Program-made: the position numbers and the translations under genes
In this document: positions 19,241 through 29,560 of the stretch, in pieces
Layout: every line of letters begins with the position of its first letter
How positions within the stretch are numbered: position 1 is the stretch's first letter
Notes under the pieces: generated by a model
Seen by the model: the letters and a program-made list of their open reading frames with translations, nothing else
Databases searched by the model: none
Told to the model about the DNA's origin: nothing
From: Alphaproteobacteria bacterium
Lineage (GTDB): Bacteria > Pseudomonadota > Alphaproteobacteria > MPNO01 > UBA830
Assembly: GCA_964291215.2 (NCBI GenBank)
Contig: OZ219791.1
Span: 2,112,001 to 2,176,000 of the forward strand
Length of the DNA: 64,000 nucleotides
Direction of reading: 5' to 3'

Positions 19241-21067
19241 TCAGGCGAGCATGCCGACCGGCATGTCCGGCTCTTTCTCGGTGCTGAACTGCAGGGCATG
19301 CAGGCGGGCGAAGGCGCCGCCGCGGGCCAGCAGTTCGCGGTAGCCGCCGGTCTCCACGATCCTGCCGCCGGCCATCACGACAATCAGGTCGGCATCGATG
19401 ACTGTCGACAGGCGATGGGCGACCACGACTGTCGTTCGGCCGGCTTTCAGCCGTGCGATCGCGGTCTGGACAAGCCGTTCGGTTTGCGTGTCGAGCGCAG
19501 AGGTTGCTTCGTCGAGAAGCAGAATGGGAGCATCCTTGATGATCGCGCGGGCGATCGCGATCCGCTGGCGCTGTCCGCCGGACAACTTGACGCCGTCCCC
19601 TCCGACCTGGGTTTCGTAGCCCTCTGGCAGCGCCTCGATGAATTCGCTGGCGCCGGCGTCCCTGGCTGCGGCGGCGACGGCGTCCTCGCCGACGCCGGGT
19701 TTGCCATAGGCGATGTTGGCGCGGATGGTGTCGTCGAACAGCGATATCTCCTGGCTGACGAGGGCGATGGCGCTGCGCAGGCTGTCGAGAGTCAGGTCGC
19801 GAACGTCATGCCCGTCGATCCGTAGGGCACCATCCTCGACATCGAAGAACCGGGGGATGAGGTTGAGCATCGTCGTCTTGCCGGCTCCCGAGGACCCCAC
19901 CAGCGCGACCGTCTTTCCCGCCGGGATCTTGAGGTCGACGCCGTCAAGCGCGGTGACGCCGTCGCCGTAGCCGAATCGGACGCCGTCGAAGCGGATATTG
20001 CCGGCAAGGCGCGGCACGGATCGGGCGCCGGGACGGTCCGCAATCGATGGCCGGAGATCCTGGAGTTGAAAGATGCGCTGGGCGGCAGCGAGCCCCTGCT
20101 GCAGGTTTGCATGCAGGGTCGCGATGCTCTTCATGGGCTTGTAGGCGGCGAGCACGGCCGCCATGAACGAGGCGAGCACGCCGGCCGTCAACGTTTCCTC
20201 AATGACCAGGATGCCGCCGAAAAAGGCCGTAAGCGCAAGTGCGATGCCGCCCAGCATCTCCATCAGCGGCCGGCTCAGCGCGTTGACGCGCGCCGACCTG
20301 CGCCAGAGCTGGAATATCGTCTCGAGGATCATCCTGGCGCGGTCGGTCTCCCTGGCTTCCATCGTATAGGCCTTGACATGTCGGATGCCCCTGAAGGTCT
20401 CGTCGAGCATCGTCGTCAGATCACCGGTTTCGACCTGGGTGCGGCGAGAGAACTTGCGCATTCGCCGGCCGATTGCCCGTATCGGATAGAGGGCCAGCGG
20501 GAACGTGACCACGGTCACGAGCGCGAGCTGCCAGCTGTTGAAGAACATGACCGCCGCCAGGAAGACGACGGTCAGCGAGTCCTTGACCAGGCCGGTCAGC
20601 GCCCGTGCGATGGAGGAGCGCAGGAGCGCGGCGTCGTTGACGAAGCGCGAGATCAGCTGGCCGACGGCGTTGTCGTGAAAAAAACGAAGATCGGCGCAGA
20701 TGATGCGCTCATACATCGAGTGTTGCAGGTTGGCGACCATGCGATGGCCGATCACGTCCATGAGAACCGACTCGGCATAGCTGGCGGTGCCGGTAACCAG
20801 GGCAAGGGCGATGATCGCGCCCGGGATGAGGTAGAGCATCTCCCGGTCCCGGTCGATCAGCACATCGTCGATGACCGGGCCGATCAGCAGGACCATGCCG
20901 GCTGCTGCCGCGGCGACCACGACCATGCAGGCAACGGCAGCGGCGATGCGGCCCGCTTGGGGACGGATCTGCTCGCGGATCAGGCGCCGGACAAGGGCTC
21001 TTGAATCAGCGCTCGCCGCGTCTTCCAGTGTCTGGCTTGCCGTGGGTGCCGATGCGCTGTGGGTCAA
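19241..21067 (-). CDS. msbA: MsbA-like lipid A export ABC transporter
   Basis: TMD plus NBD: GSSGAGKT, LSGGQRQR, ILLLDEATSALD, VAHRLST; lipid A context. Confidence 0.88.
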   Translation of the reverse strand: MTHSASAPTASQTLEDAASADSRALVRRLIREQIRPQAGRIAAAVACMVVVAAAAAGMVLLIGPVIDDVLIDRDREMLYLIPGAIIALALVTGTASYAESVLMDVIGHRMVANLQHSMYERIICADLRFFHDNAVGQLISRFVNDAALLRSSIARALTGLVKDSLTVVFLAAVMFFNSWQLALVTVVTFPLALYPIRAIGRRMRKFSRRTQVETGDLTTMLDETFRGIRHVKAYTMEARETDRARMILETIFQLWRRSARVNALSRPLMEMLGGIALALTAFFGGILVIEETLTAGVLASFMAAVLAAYKPMKSIATLHANLQQGLAAAQRIFQLQDLRPSIADRPGARSVPRLAGNIRFDGVRFGYGDGVTALDGVDLKIPAGKTVALVGSSGAGKTTMLNLIPRFFDVEDGALRIDGHDVRDLTLDSLRSAIALVSQEISLFDDTIRANIAYGKPGVGEDAVAAAARDAGASEFIEALPEGYETQVGGDGVKLSGGQRQRIAIARAIIKDAPILLLDEATSALDTQTERLVQTAIARLKAGRTTVVVAHRLSTVIDADLIVVMAGGRIVETGGYRELLARGGAFARLHALQFSTEKEPDMPVGMLA

Positions 21068-21262
21068 CTATCCGTGTCCTGTGTCCCGGTTTCCGGCTGC
21101 GCACCTCTCTGCCGGCTGAGACGTCTCGGCGGCGCCCCGCCCGCCATGCCCCGCGGCTCCGGAACCGGCTGCTGCGTCGCTTCGGTCAGCATAGCACGAT
21201 CCACCGCGCTTCGTCAGCCCTGGAGCGTTCGCAGCGGCGTCAGTCCGCGGGGCACGGACGGT

Positions 21263-22600
21263 TCAAACGCCGGCGACGGTCATGTCATCGATGCGAATCG
21301 TGGGTGCATTCGTGCCGAAGCGGAAGACTAGGTCGTTCGCGGGCACCAGCCTTGCAAACATGTCCTTCAGGTTTCCAGCGATCGTCAACTCGCTGACCGG
21401 ATGCGTGATTTCGCCGTTCTCGATCCAGAATCCGCCGGCGCCGCGGCTGTAGTCGCCGGTCACGATGTTAACTCCCATACCGATCAGTTCGGTGACATAG
21501 AACCCCTGATTGATGTCGGCAATGAGATCTTCCGGGCTCTGCGTTCCGTTCTCCATGTAGAGGTTTGTCGTCGCCGGCGAGGGCGGCGACCCGAGGCCCC
21601 GCGCCGCGTGCCCGGTGCTCTGGAGTTCCAGCTGGCGGGCCGAGGCGAGGTCAAGAACCCAGCTCGTGAGAACGCCCCTGTCGGCGAGGGCGCGGCGGGT
21701 GCCGGGCAGTCCCTCGCCGTCGAAGGGTTTTGATCCGAGACCGCGCATGCGGTGGGGATCATCGACGATCGTCACACCCTCGGCGAAAACCTTTTCGCTC
21801 ATCGCGTTGCGCAGGAAGGACGTGCCGCGGCGGATGGCTATACCGTTGATGCCCTGTGCGAAATGGCGGACAAGGCCGCCGGAGACGCGCGGGTCGTAAA
21901 CGACCGGCACCTGCTGCGTGTTGACCTTTTTCGCGCCGAGCCGCCGGACCGCACGTTCTCCGGCATTGCGGCCGAGCGCCGCGGGGTCCTCTAGATCCGC
22001 GTAGTGGACCGCGCTGGCGAAATCGTAGTCGCGTTCCATGCCGAGGCCTTCTCCGGCGAGGACCGATACCGACAGGCTGTGGCTTGACGTCGCGTAGGAT
22101 CGCGCCAGGCCGTTGGTTGCCGCCAGCGCGACCTCGGAACGGATCCAGCCGGTCTCCGACCCCTCGGAGTTGGTGACACCGGCAACGGCTCGGGCCTCGT
22201 CCTCGGCCGCGGCGGCATTGTCCTTGAGCGTTTCCGCGGTCGGTTCGCTGTCGTCGCAGATGTCGATCTCGGGGGGCTCCGTTACGAGCTGCTCCGGATT
22301 CGCGAGGCCGCAATAGGGGTCCTCCGGCGCGGCTCGCGCCATGGCCACCACGCGTTCGACAACGCTCGCCAGGGTCTCCGGTGCGAGATCCGTCGACGAC
22401 ACCGTTGCTTGGCGCCGTCCGATCAGGACCCGCAGCCCGAGCGCGCAGCTCTCCGAACGCTCGAGATTCTCGAGCCTGCCCATTCTCCAGGCCACCGATA
22501 CCGACGTCGAATTGAAGGCAACAGCGTCAGCGGCGTCGGCGCCCGCCTTCCTGGCGTCGTCGAGGAGGCCGCCAAGCAGCGGCACGAGAGAGGGGGTCAT
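21263..22600 (-). CDS. pmbA: TldE/PmbA family protein
   Basis: MERDYDF, SKPFDGEG, TGDYSRGAGGFWIENGE, TIAGNLKDMF. Confidence 0.93.
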   Translation of the reverse strand: MTPSLVPLLGGLLDDARKAGADAADAVAFNSTSVSVAWRMGRLENLERSESCALGLRVLIGRRQATVSSTDLAPETLASVVERVVAMARAAPEDPYCGLANPEQLVTEPPEIDICDDSEPTAETLKDNAAAAEDEARAVAGVTNSEGSETGWIRSEVALAATNGLARSYATSSHSLSVSVLAGEGLGMERDYDFASAVHYADLEDPAALGRNAGERAVRRLGAKKVNTQQVPVVYDPRVSGGLVRHFAQGINGIAIRRGTSFLRNAMSEKVFAEGVTIVDDPHRMRGLGSKPFDGEGLPGTRRALADRGVLTSWVLDLASARQLELQSTGHAARGLGSPPSPATTNLYMENGTQSPEDLIADINQGFYVTELIGMGVNIVTGDYSRGAGGFWIENGEITHPVSELTIAGNLKDMFARLVPANDLVFRFGTNAPTIRIDDMTVAGV

Positions 22601-24114
22601 GTTCTGTCCTCCGGAATTGTCGTCCATATGGGCGTCCCCGTTCCCGGCAGGCCGTACTCCTTCCACCGGTGCGAGACTTCGCTGACGATATCCTTGGACA
22701 TGCGAATGCGTCGTCCCCACGGCCGCGTCGTTTCGGGTGGAACCTTGGCGGTGGCGTCGATGCCCATCTTGGCGCCCAGCCCTTCGACCGGCGAAGCGAA
22801 GTCGAGATAGTCGACCGGGGTATTTTCGATCACGCTGACGTCCCGTCCGGCGTCGACGTTGGTCGATATGGCCCACACGATGTCGGACCAGTTCCGCGGG
22901 TTGATGTCGTGATCGACGACGATCACGAACTTCGTGTACATGAACTGCCTGAGAAACGACCATATGCCCATCATGACGCGCCTGCCATGGCCGGGATATT
23001 GCTTGCGGATGGCAACGACGGCGACGCGATAGGAACAGGCCTCGGGCGGCAGCCAGAAATCGATGATCTCGGGAAACTGTCGGGTCAGGAGCGGCACGAA
23101 CACCTCGTTCAGGGCCTGGCCGAGCACCGAGGGCTCGTCCGGGGGGCGGCCGGTGAAGGTCGAAAGGTAGATGGCGTCCCGGCGCATGGTGATTGCCGAC
23201 ACCCGAAACAGCGGAAATGGCTGGACGGCATTGTAGTACCCGGTATGGTCGCCGTACGGACCTTCGGGCGCCGTTTCGTCGAGCGCGACATGGCCCTCGA
23301 TCACGATCTCGGCCTCTGCGGGCACCTGCAGCGGTACGGTCTTGCAGTCGACCAGAGTAAGATTCTCGCGGCGCAGCAGCCCTGCGAAGCGGTATTCGGA
23401 CATGTTCTCCGGTACCGGAGCGACGGCGGCAATGATGGTTGCCGGATCGGCGCCGATCACTGCGGCGGCCGGCATGGTGCTTTGTCCCCCGAGGGCGGCC
23501 TCATCGGCATGCCGGGCGCCGCCGCGGTGGGCGAGCCAGCGCATTAGCGTCGTGTCGCGGCCGGTTACCTGCATCCGGTATATGCCGATGTTCTGGGCAT
23601 CGCCGTCACCGCGCGTGACCACCAGCGGCCAGGTGAGGAGCGGTGCCGGCTCCCCGGGCCAGCAGGTCTGGATCGGCAGATCGGCAAGGGAGATTTCGTC
23701 GCCTTCGCGAACGATTTCCTGGCAGGGTGCGCGGGTCGTTGTGCGTGGCGCCATTGCCAGCGCTGTCTTGAGGAACGGCAGCATGCCGACGGCGTCCCGC
23801 CAGCCGCCGGGCGGTTCGGGCTGGCGCAGAAAGGCGAGGGTTTCGCCGAGTTCCCTGAGCCCGTCAGGGGCGGTGTTCATGCCGCGTGCGACCCGTTCTA
23901 TGGTCCCGAACAGGTTGGCGAGCACGGGCAGCGGCGATCGGCTTCCGTCGGCGCGAATCGGGTGTTCGAAGAGCACCGCAGGACCCTTTTCAGCAAGCAG
24001 GCGGGTCTGGATCTCGGTCATCTCGAGAACGGTCGACACCGGAGCGGTGACGCGGACGAGTTGTCCGTCTCGTTCCAGTTGATCGATGAATTCCCGGAGG
24101 TTGGCGTAGGCCAT
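22597..24114 (-). CDS. ubiD: UbiD family decarboxylase (4-hydroxy-3-polyprenylbenzoate decarboxylase)
   Basis: MRWLAHRGGA, EGPYGDHTGYYN, GRPPDEP, SFLRQFMYTK, DYLDFASP. Confidence 0.96.
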   Translation of the reverse strand: MAYANLREFIDQLERDGQLVRVTAPVSTVLEMTEIQTRLLAEKGPAVLFEHPIRADGSRSPLPVLANLFGTIERVARGMNTAPDGLRELGETLAFLRQPEPPGGWRDAVGMLPFLKTALAMAPRTTTRAPCQEIVREGDEISLADLPIQTCWPGEPAPLLTWPLVVTRGDGDAQNIGIYRMQVTGRDTTLMRWLAHRGGARHADEAALGGQSTMPAAAVIGADPATIIAAVAPVPENMSEYRFAGLLRRENLTLVDCKTVPLQVPAEAEIVIEGHVALDETAPEGPYGDHTGYYNAVQPFPLFRVSAITMRRDAIYLSTFTGRPPDEPSVLGQALNEVFVPLLTRQFPEIIDFWLPPEACSYRVAVVAIRKQYPGHGRRVMMGIWSFLRQFMYTKFVIVVDHDINPRNWSDIVWAISTNVDAGRDVSVIENTPVDYLDFASPVEGLGAKMGIDATAKVPPETTRPWGRRIRMSKDIVSEVSHRWKEYGLPGTGTPIWTTIPEDRT

Positions 24115-24388
24115 GGCGGCGTGGTTTTGCACCACGGTTCGATTCCGGTCAAGCAAGTACGGAGCGCGGCAATGCGCTGTTTTTTTGTCTGGGCGGGGTC
24201 TCTTGCGTCCATGCCGGTTGTTTCGGGAGCGGGTTCCTGGGGGTTGATCGGGGCTTTCGATACGCCGCGGGGCCAAGTGCCGCGGACGCTGTCGTCCCCC
24301 GCCCTAGAGTTTTTTGAGACACCGCTTAAGCTGATCCTAGGGGGTGATCGGATCCCCGCGGTCCGCCGCAAACGGCAAGCGGCCTGCT

Positions 24389-24673
24389 TGGTTGACTGCG
24401 GCCGTCTGCTATGATGCGACGGATCTTGGCCTTGCTGCGGATTCCAGGAACAAGTCGGATGTTCTGGCGATCCCTGTGTTCAACAGAGACGTGAAAACGT
24501 TCGACCAGATGGCCTTGGCTCTTCACTACCACATGTTCCAACTCGTGATTGTCGCAAACAGCGGGCAGTACGGCGGGAGCAACGCCTATTGGCCGCACAG
24601 CGACGCTCATGTCTGGCATGTTTTCCATGTTTACGGCCAGCCCCAGGCTTCAATCACATTTCTTGAAAACGAC
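24389..24673 (+). pseudogene. Fragment of the nitrilase domain of a UG1/DRT1-type RT-nitrilase protein
   Basis: LTAAVCYDATDLGLAAD, FNRDVKTFDQMALALHYHMFQLVIVANSGQYGGSNAY, FHVYGQPQASI; cut at 24674 by an IS66 end. Confidence 0.72.
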
Positions 24674-24694
24674 GTAACTGCTCACCCCCCCCCC
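24674..24694. repeat. Solo IS66-type terminal inverted repeat
   Basis: GTAACTGCTCACCCCC is the reverse complement of the end at 28223-28238. Confidence 0.8.
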
Positions 24695-25109
24695 CTTCAA
24701 TCTGACACTATCGAGTTCATTGATTTCTGCATATCGAGTTTCCGCATCGCTCGGTGATATTCGTTGAAATTGAGGAGGATCTTGTAACCCTGCCAGAGTT
24801 TCTCGGTTCCCGGCAGGGGTTGGCGTTTGCCGGGGATGAAGCCTGCCACACGTGCGACCTCGATGGCGAAGACTGGTCGGTTTGGGGTCGAGAGGCCCAC
24901 GCGGTTTGTACTGTTTGTAGATCTTGTAGTTGTTCAGGACCGTGATCTCATCGCGGTGGACGATGCGGCTGGCCGGCGTGCGAGACGCTCGACGGTCATG
25001 ACGCGGCATGCGGTGATGGCGTCGAAGGCCGGACACTTCCTCAGGTCGTCGGCCTGGCCGGTCCTCGATCCGTGTGCCGACCTTCAGGGCCTTGAAGTAT
25101 TCTTCAATC

Positions 25110-28100
25110 GTATCTACTCACCCCTAGTTGGGTTCTGATTGGTCGTAGTGCTCGTTGATGATGTCTGCGGCTTTTCCGTCGAGGGCGATCTGGGTGGCGA
25201 CGAGTGGGTTGTAGCCGAGTGCGGCCATGGAGGTGAGGTAGCTTGAGCTCCGGCACCATGCTTTTGCGTGGAGCGGAAGCATCCGGACACCTTGAGCTTT
25301 GCCATCCTGATCTTCTGTTCTCCGGCATTGTTGGTGAAGCTGACGTTGGGTGCGCCAGGCTAACTGGTGGAATGTTGCCGGGTGCAAGTCCCGAGAGAGG
25401 CTAACCACCACTTTCTCCGTGAACCATGCGTCGTGAGGCGTCAGGCGAAGCGTTGGGGAGCGGCAGGCCGGGCTATTGAGCCACGAGATGCTTTGAAACC
25501 GGAGTGCCGAGGTCGTGGCCGAAGGCAACACCCCGCGAGCCGCGTTGGTGAGGCGAGCGGGGGCTCCGCGGGGTCCGAGAACCATGGCCGAAGCAGGGAC
25601 CTGGGAGGTCTTGCCCCTCTGTCGTGGAGGGGCCGCAGAGGAAAGGAACTATTCCGTAAACCGATGATGAACGAGAAGTCAGATTCGGCCATAGTACCGC
25701 TGAAGGCAGCGAACAAAGGTTCTCCGGAGCCTGCGGAGTTGCTGGAGGGAAGGGCAATGCGATTGGCCCGCGCCGCGCGCAGAAGCGGGGGTCACAGGCG
25801 GCAGGTAGCGAAGAGGAACCCGGAAGAGCGTCTTTACTCCACCACGTGATGTCCTGCACGACGCGTTCCATTCCTTGAGGAAGGACGCGGCGGCGGGGCG
25901 TTGTGTGGCAAGCGTACGCGGAAGGTGTGGAACTGGTTGACCTACACGACCGTGTGCACAGGGGTGCGTACCGAGCGCCTCCAGGGTCTACATTCCCAAG
26001 GAGGATGGAGGGCAACGACCGCTTGGCATTGCCTCGGACAAGATTCTTCAGCGGGCAGTGTGATTCTGGTGCCGCTCTACGAAACGGAGTTCCTCGGTTT
26101 CAGCTACGGTTTCCGGCCGGGGCGCATCACGCGCTCGACGCCGTCACGGTGGAACGGCGGAAGGTCAACTGGATCGTTGACGCCCGTGGGTTCTTCGACA
26201 ATCTCGACCGCGACCATCTGATTGCGATGCTCGAGAAACGGATCGGGGGGTCTGATCATCAAGTGGCTGAACGCCGGCGTCATGGAAGGGACCGACTGGC
26301 AAGGGAACACCGCAGGGGGCGATTGTATCGCCCTGCCTCGCGAACGTTTACCTGCACTACGTGCGACTGGTTCCAGAACCACTGGCGCAAGCGGATGGCT
26401 GGAGGCGACACGATCATTATGCGGACGACTTCGTGTGCGGCTTTCAGCATCTGGGCGATGCGCAGCGCTTTCTCCGGGACCTTGGGGAGAGGCTGGCCCA
26501 CTTGAACTGCACCCGGAAAATCATCGAGTTCGGTCGGTTTGCCAGAGCGAACCGCCGGAAGCGTGGGCAAGACGTTCGACTTCCTCGGCATGACGCACTT
26601 CTGCGAACAGACGAGGAAAGGCAGGTTCAGGGTCGGTCGCAAACCGTCTCGCAAACGGGCACCCTGCGGCGGATCAAGGGGGCCTTGCGCATGCGATGGC
26701 ACGACAACCGGCACGAAACGGCCAAGTGGTGAGTTATCAACGGCTGCTACTACGCCGTCCCGGGAAGCAGTCAATCCCTGCAGGGGTTCATACACCAATG
26801 CAAACGGCTGCGTGCCCTTCGGCGACGCTCCCAAAAGGACTTCACCGGGGACATAGACACCCTTGCCGCCGCCCACTGAGCCAGCATCCGCCACCCGTGG
26901 CCAAACCAGCGCCTTGTCGTCAGGGGAGGAGCCGGATGCGAACAGCGCATGTCCGGTTCTGTGCAGGGGGACCGGGGCAACCCGGTTCCCTACCGCAATG
27001 GTTGTCTGTGAAGCGCAGGTTTTCGTGTTTCACGAGACGTTCGTGCAGGTTGTGCGCGTTTGCTATGCGTTTTCCTTTCGGCGGGATGTCGGGCAGTTCC
27101 CTGGCGCCCTGATGGTGCGGTAGCGCTTGCGCCCGGCGTCGTTCAGGGTCTTGGATGCGCTCTTGTTGACCTTGTGGCAGACCTCGCGGAGCAGACTCTT
27201 CATCAGTCGCGCGGTAGCCTCGACGACAAAGGTCAGTTCGCGCAGCAGGTGGCTGCCGCACAGCTGGTGGCTACACTGGCCCATGTACGAGGCCCAGGAC
27301 GCCCTTGTAGCACGGGCAGATCTCTTGCCCGCGCTTGCGGTGCGGGAACTTGCACGTCCCGACGACATGGAGCCACTTGCTGTTGATCCGAAATCGTCGA
27401 CATCGGGCGTTGCAGGAGGTGCGCCACGGCGGCCTCCTCCCATGACGCATCGTGAAAGCATAGCCGAGGCCTCGGAGAGCTTGATGCCGGAGATCGCCTG
27501 CACGAACGCGACGGCGCAGGGGCAGCATTTGGGCGACCAGCAGGTTGATGACGAGGGCCTGAATGCCGATGCCGTACTGCACGGGATGTTGTCGGGGAAC
27601 CGGCCCCGGGCCTTGCACTTCGGGCATTCCTTGATCTCGGCGCGGCGCTCGACGACCTCGAACACGATGTCATGCGGCGCTCCCGATCGACGGGGCCGTC
27701 AGCGCCGCAGGCGTCGCAGGCCGCGACCGTCTCCTCGACGATGATCTTGCGCAGGTTGTCGCCCATCTGCCGGTTCGGCTTCGGGCCGTTGCTTCCGGCA
27801 CGCTCTTGTCCGTCTGTGACGGCGGCAGACCGGAGTTCCGGCTCGTGCGTAGTCTTCTCCAGAAGGACGACGATGATGATGTCGAGCAGGATGACGAGGA
27901 CGCGGATCACGGCCTCTTCCGCCACCTTGCCGGCCGCACGCAGCGCCTTGGCCGCTTCGAACTCCTCGCGCGCCGCCCGTCGCCATCACCCGGCCTTGCG
28001 CTTCATCAGCGCGCCGCCTCCGAGATGCGTTTCCACATACAGATCATGCGGGGGCTGGAGCCCCGGAAGCAGCTGGCACAGCCCGCTCGTCGCCTTCGAT

Positions 28101-28238
28101 CCAAAGTAGCCCACTGGCGGTCCTCGTCGTTCTCAATGACCACCACTAAGCGAATCGGCCTGCAATGTCAAATCTCCACGAAAACCCGTTCGTTGCTCTA
28201 CCCCGACATCAAGCCGGAACCAGGGGGTGAGCAGTTAC
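25110..28238 (-). mobile_element. IS66-family (ISBst12-like single-ORF) element, transposase degraded and intron-interrupted
   Basis: IRs GTATCTACTCACCCC (25110) and GGGGGTGAGCAGTTAC (28238); 8-bp TSD CTTCAATC at 25102-25109 and 28239-28246; motifs HQLCGSHLLREL and FTNNAGEQKIRMAKLKVSGCFRS. Confidence 0.93.
25350..26999 (+). mobile_element. Group II intron (class E-like) with degraded RT/maturase ORF
   Basis: 5' GTGCG; RT pieces YETEFLGFSYGFRPGR, FFDNLD, YADDFVCGFQ, TFDFLGMTHFC; domains V/VI GAGCCGGATGCG...GTCCGGTTCTGTGCAGGGGG...CCCTACCGCAAT. Confidence 0.95.
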
Positions 28239-29560
28239 CTTCAATCAACCATCGCCTTTCGCAGAAGGAGACGGTGTCGAGGGCAGCGGTGACGTCGCCT
28301 TCGGTGGTGAGCAGCATCCGGTCAAGGGGATCTGCCGGTGGGCCCGTGACGTGTACGGCCATCATGGAGAGCGGCGGCGTTCCCCGGGGCTTCCGGTCCG
28401 GTGGCGCAAGGTCGACCCTTGCCGTGCGGACCTCAAGGCCCTTGCGCTCCTTGCGGCCCTTCGCAGGCTGCGATGTCGATCGGCCTCGCGATGCACGGCT
28501 CATCGGCCATGTGGTCCCGAAGGTCCCGGTGCGTGCCCGTTGCGGTGACCACGCGGCGGCATGTCGAGCGCCTGACGCGCACCAGCTCCGGGCCAGCAGG
28601 TCCCGGATGTTGCCTTCACGGATCACCAGCACCCTTGTCGAGGGACAGGCCAGTTCCACGGCCCTGTCGTACCCGCCGGCTCTCCTTGTCGTCCTCCTCG
28701 TGGATCGAGACGGAAGTCGGCGTCGAGATGGAACAGGCCGAGGGCACAGCCGCCTTCGGTGAAGGCGACCCCGGCATGGGCCGCAATGCCAGGGGCACCC
28801 GAGCCGCCGATGTCGACAAGACCCGCCTCCAAGCCATTGCAATTCAGGAACGTCTTGTCCTGGATGGCAAGGACCCGGCGCTGGCAGCGTTCCACCATCG
28901 CTGCCCCTTGAGGATATGGTCCATCGTCACCTCGGGGTTCGACAACAGACGGCAGGCCGCCTTCTGCTCCGCCGGGGAAGATCACCGGCAGGATCTCTCT
29001 GGGACGATCGTTCCACGCCCATGGTGACAAGACGGTCGCGGATGAGCACGTCACCGTGGTTGCTGCGGCTGTACTCTCTCATCGCCCGGTTGTCATCATC
29101 AACAAGAGGTGCCCCATGACATGCTCCCGGCACGTCTTGCCAGGGGCTTCATCCACACCGCACGCCCTGGCCCCGGGAGGTCGACCCGAGGTCATCTTCT
29201 CACAACGCTCCCGGCCTGCCGCCCTGCAGCTCGTGCCGGTGTGTTCGGGACCCGCATAGGTGCAAGCCAGAACCGGCGTCACTTCTCGTGCCAGTCCGCA
29301 GCAAGCCCGACCCGACAGGATTGGGCCTGTGCAACCTCCCTCCATCAGCAGTCGGCAAGATCGAATGCAGCGTGGGAAAGTCCTGCCCATGAACTGCTAT
29401 CATGTTGATTCGCCGCGCAGCGTCGGCTACGAGAGAGTGCCGACATAGCATTCTGCGGGATAGTCAACCGCTCGGGCCGCGTCGGACAGGCCCAATGTGG
29501 CATTCATGGAGGCGACCGGGCAAACTGCGTCTCCGTGGGAAAGTAACGGTCAGGGACCGC

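Larger units (their letters stand above)
24697..29468 (-). mobile_element. IS4-family (Tn5/IS50-like) element, degraded, split by IS66; outer boundaries approximate
   Basis: VLAIQDKTFLN, HAGVAFTEGG, RRWLIE|EYFKALKVGTRIEDR, ARVAGFIPGKRQPLPGTEKLWQGY; start near 29403. Confidence 0.85.

Noticed and set aside
24300-24360. CTAG-flanked segment and GGGGGTGA as another IS end marking the island's left edge
   Set aside because: Match to the IS66 IR is too short, and no partner or target duplication was found.
3538-26999. The two homologous intron segments as a DGR template/variable repeat pair or a retron
   Set aside because: Both have group II intron termini and domain V; differences are deletions and mixed substitutions, not adenine-specific.
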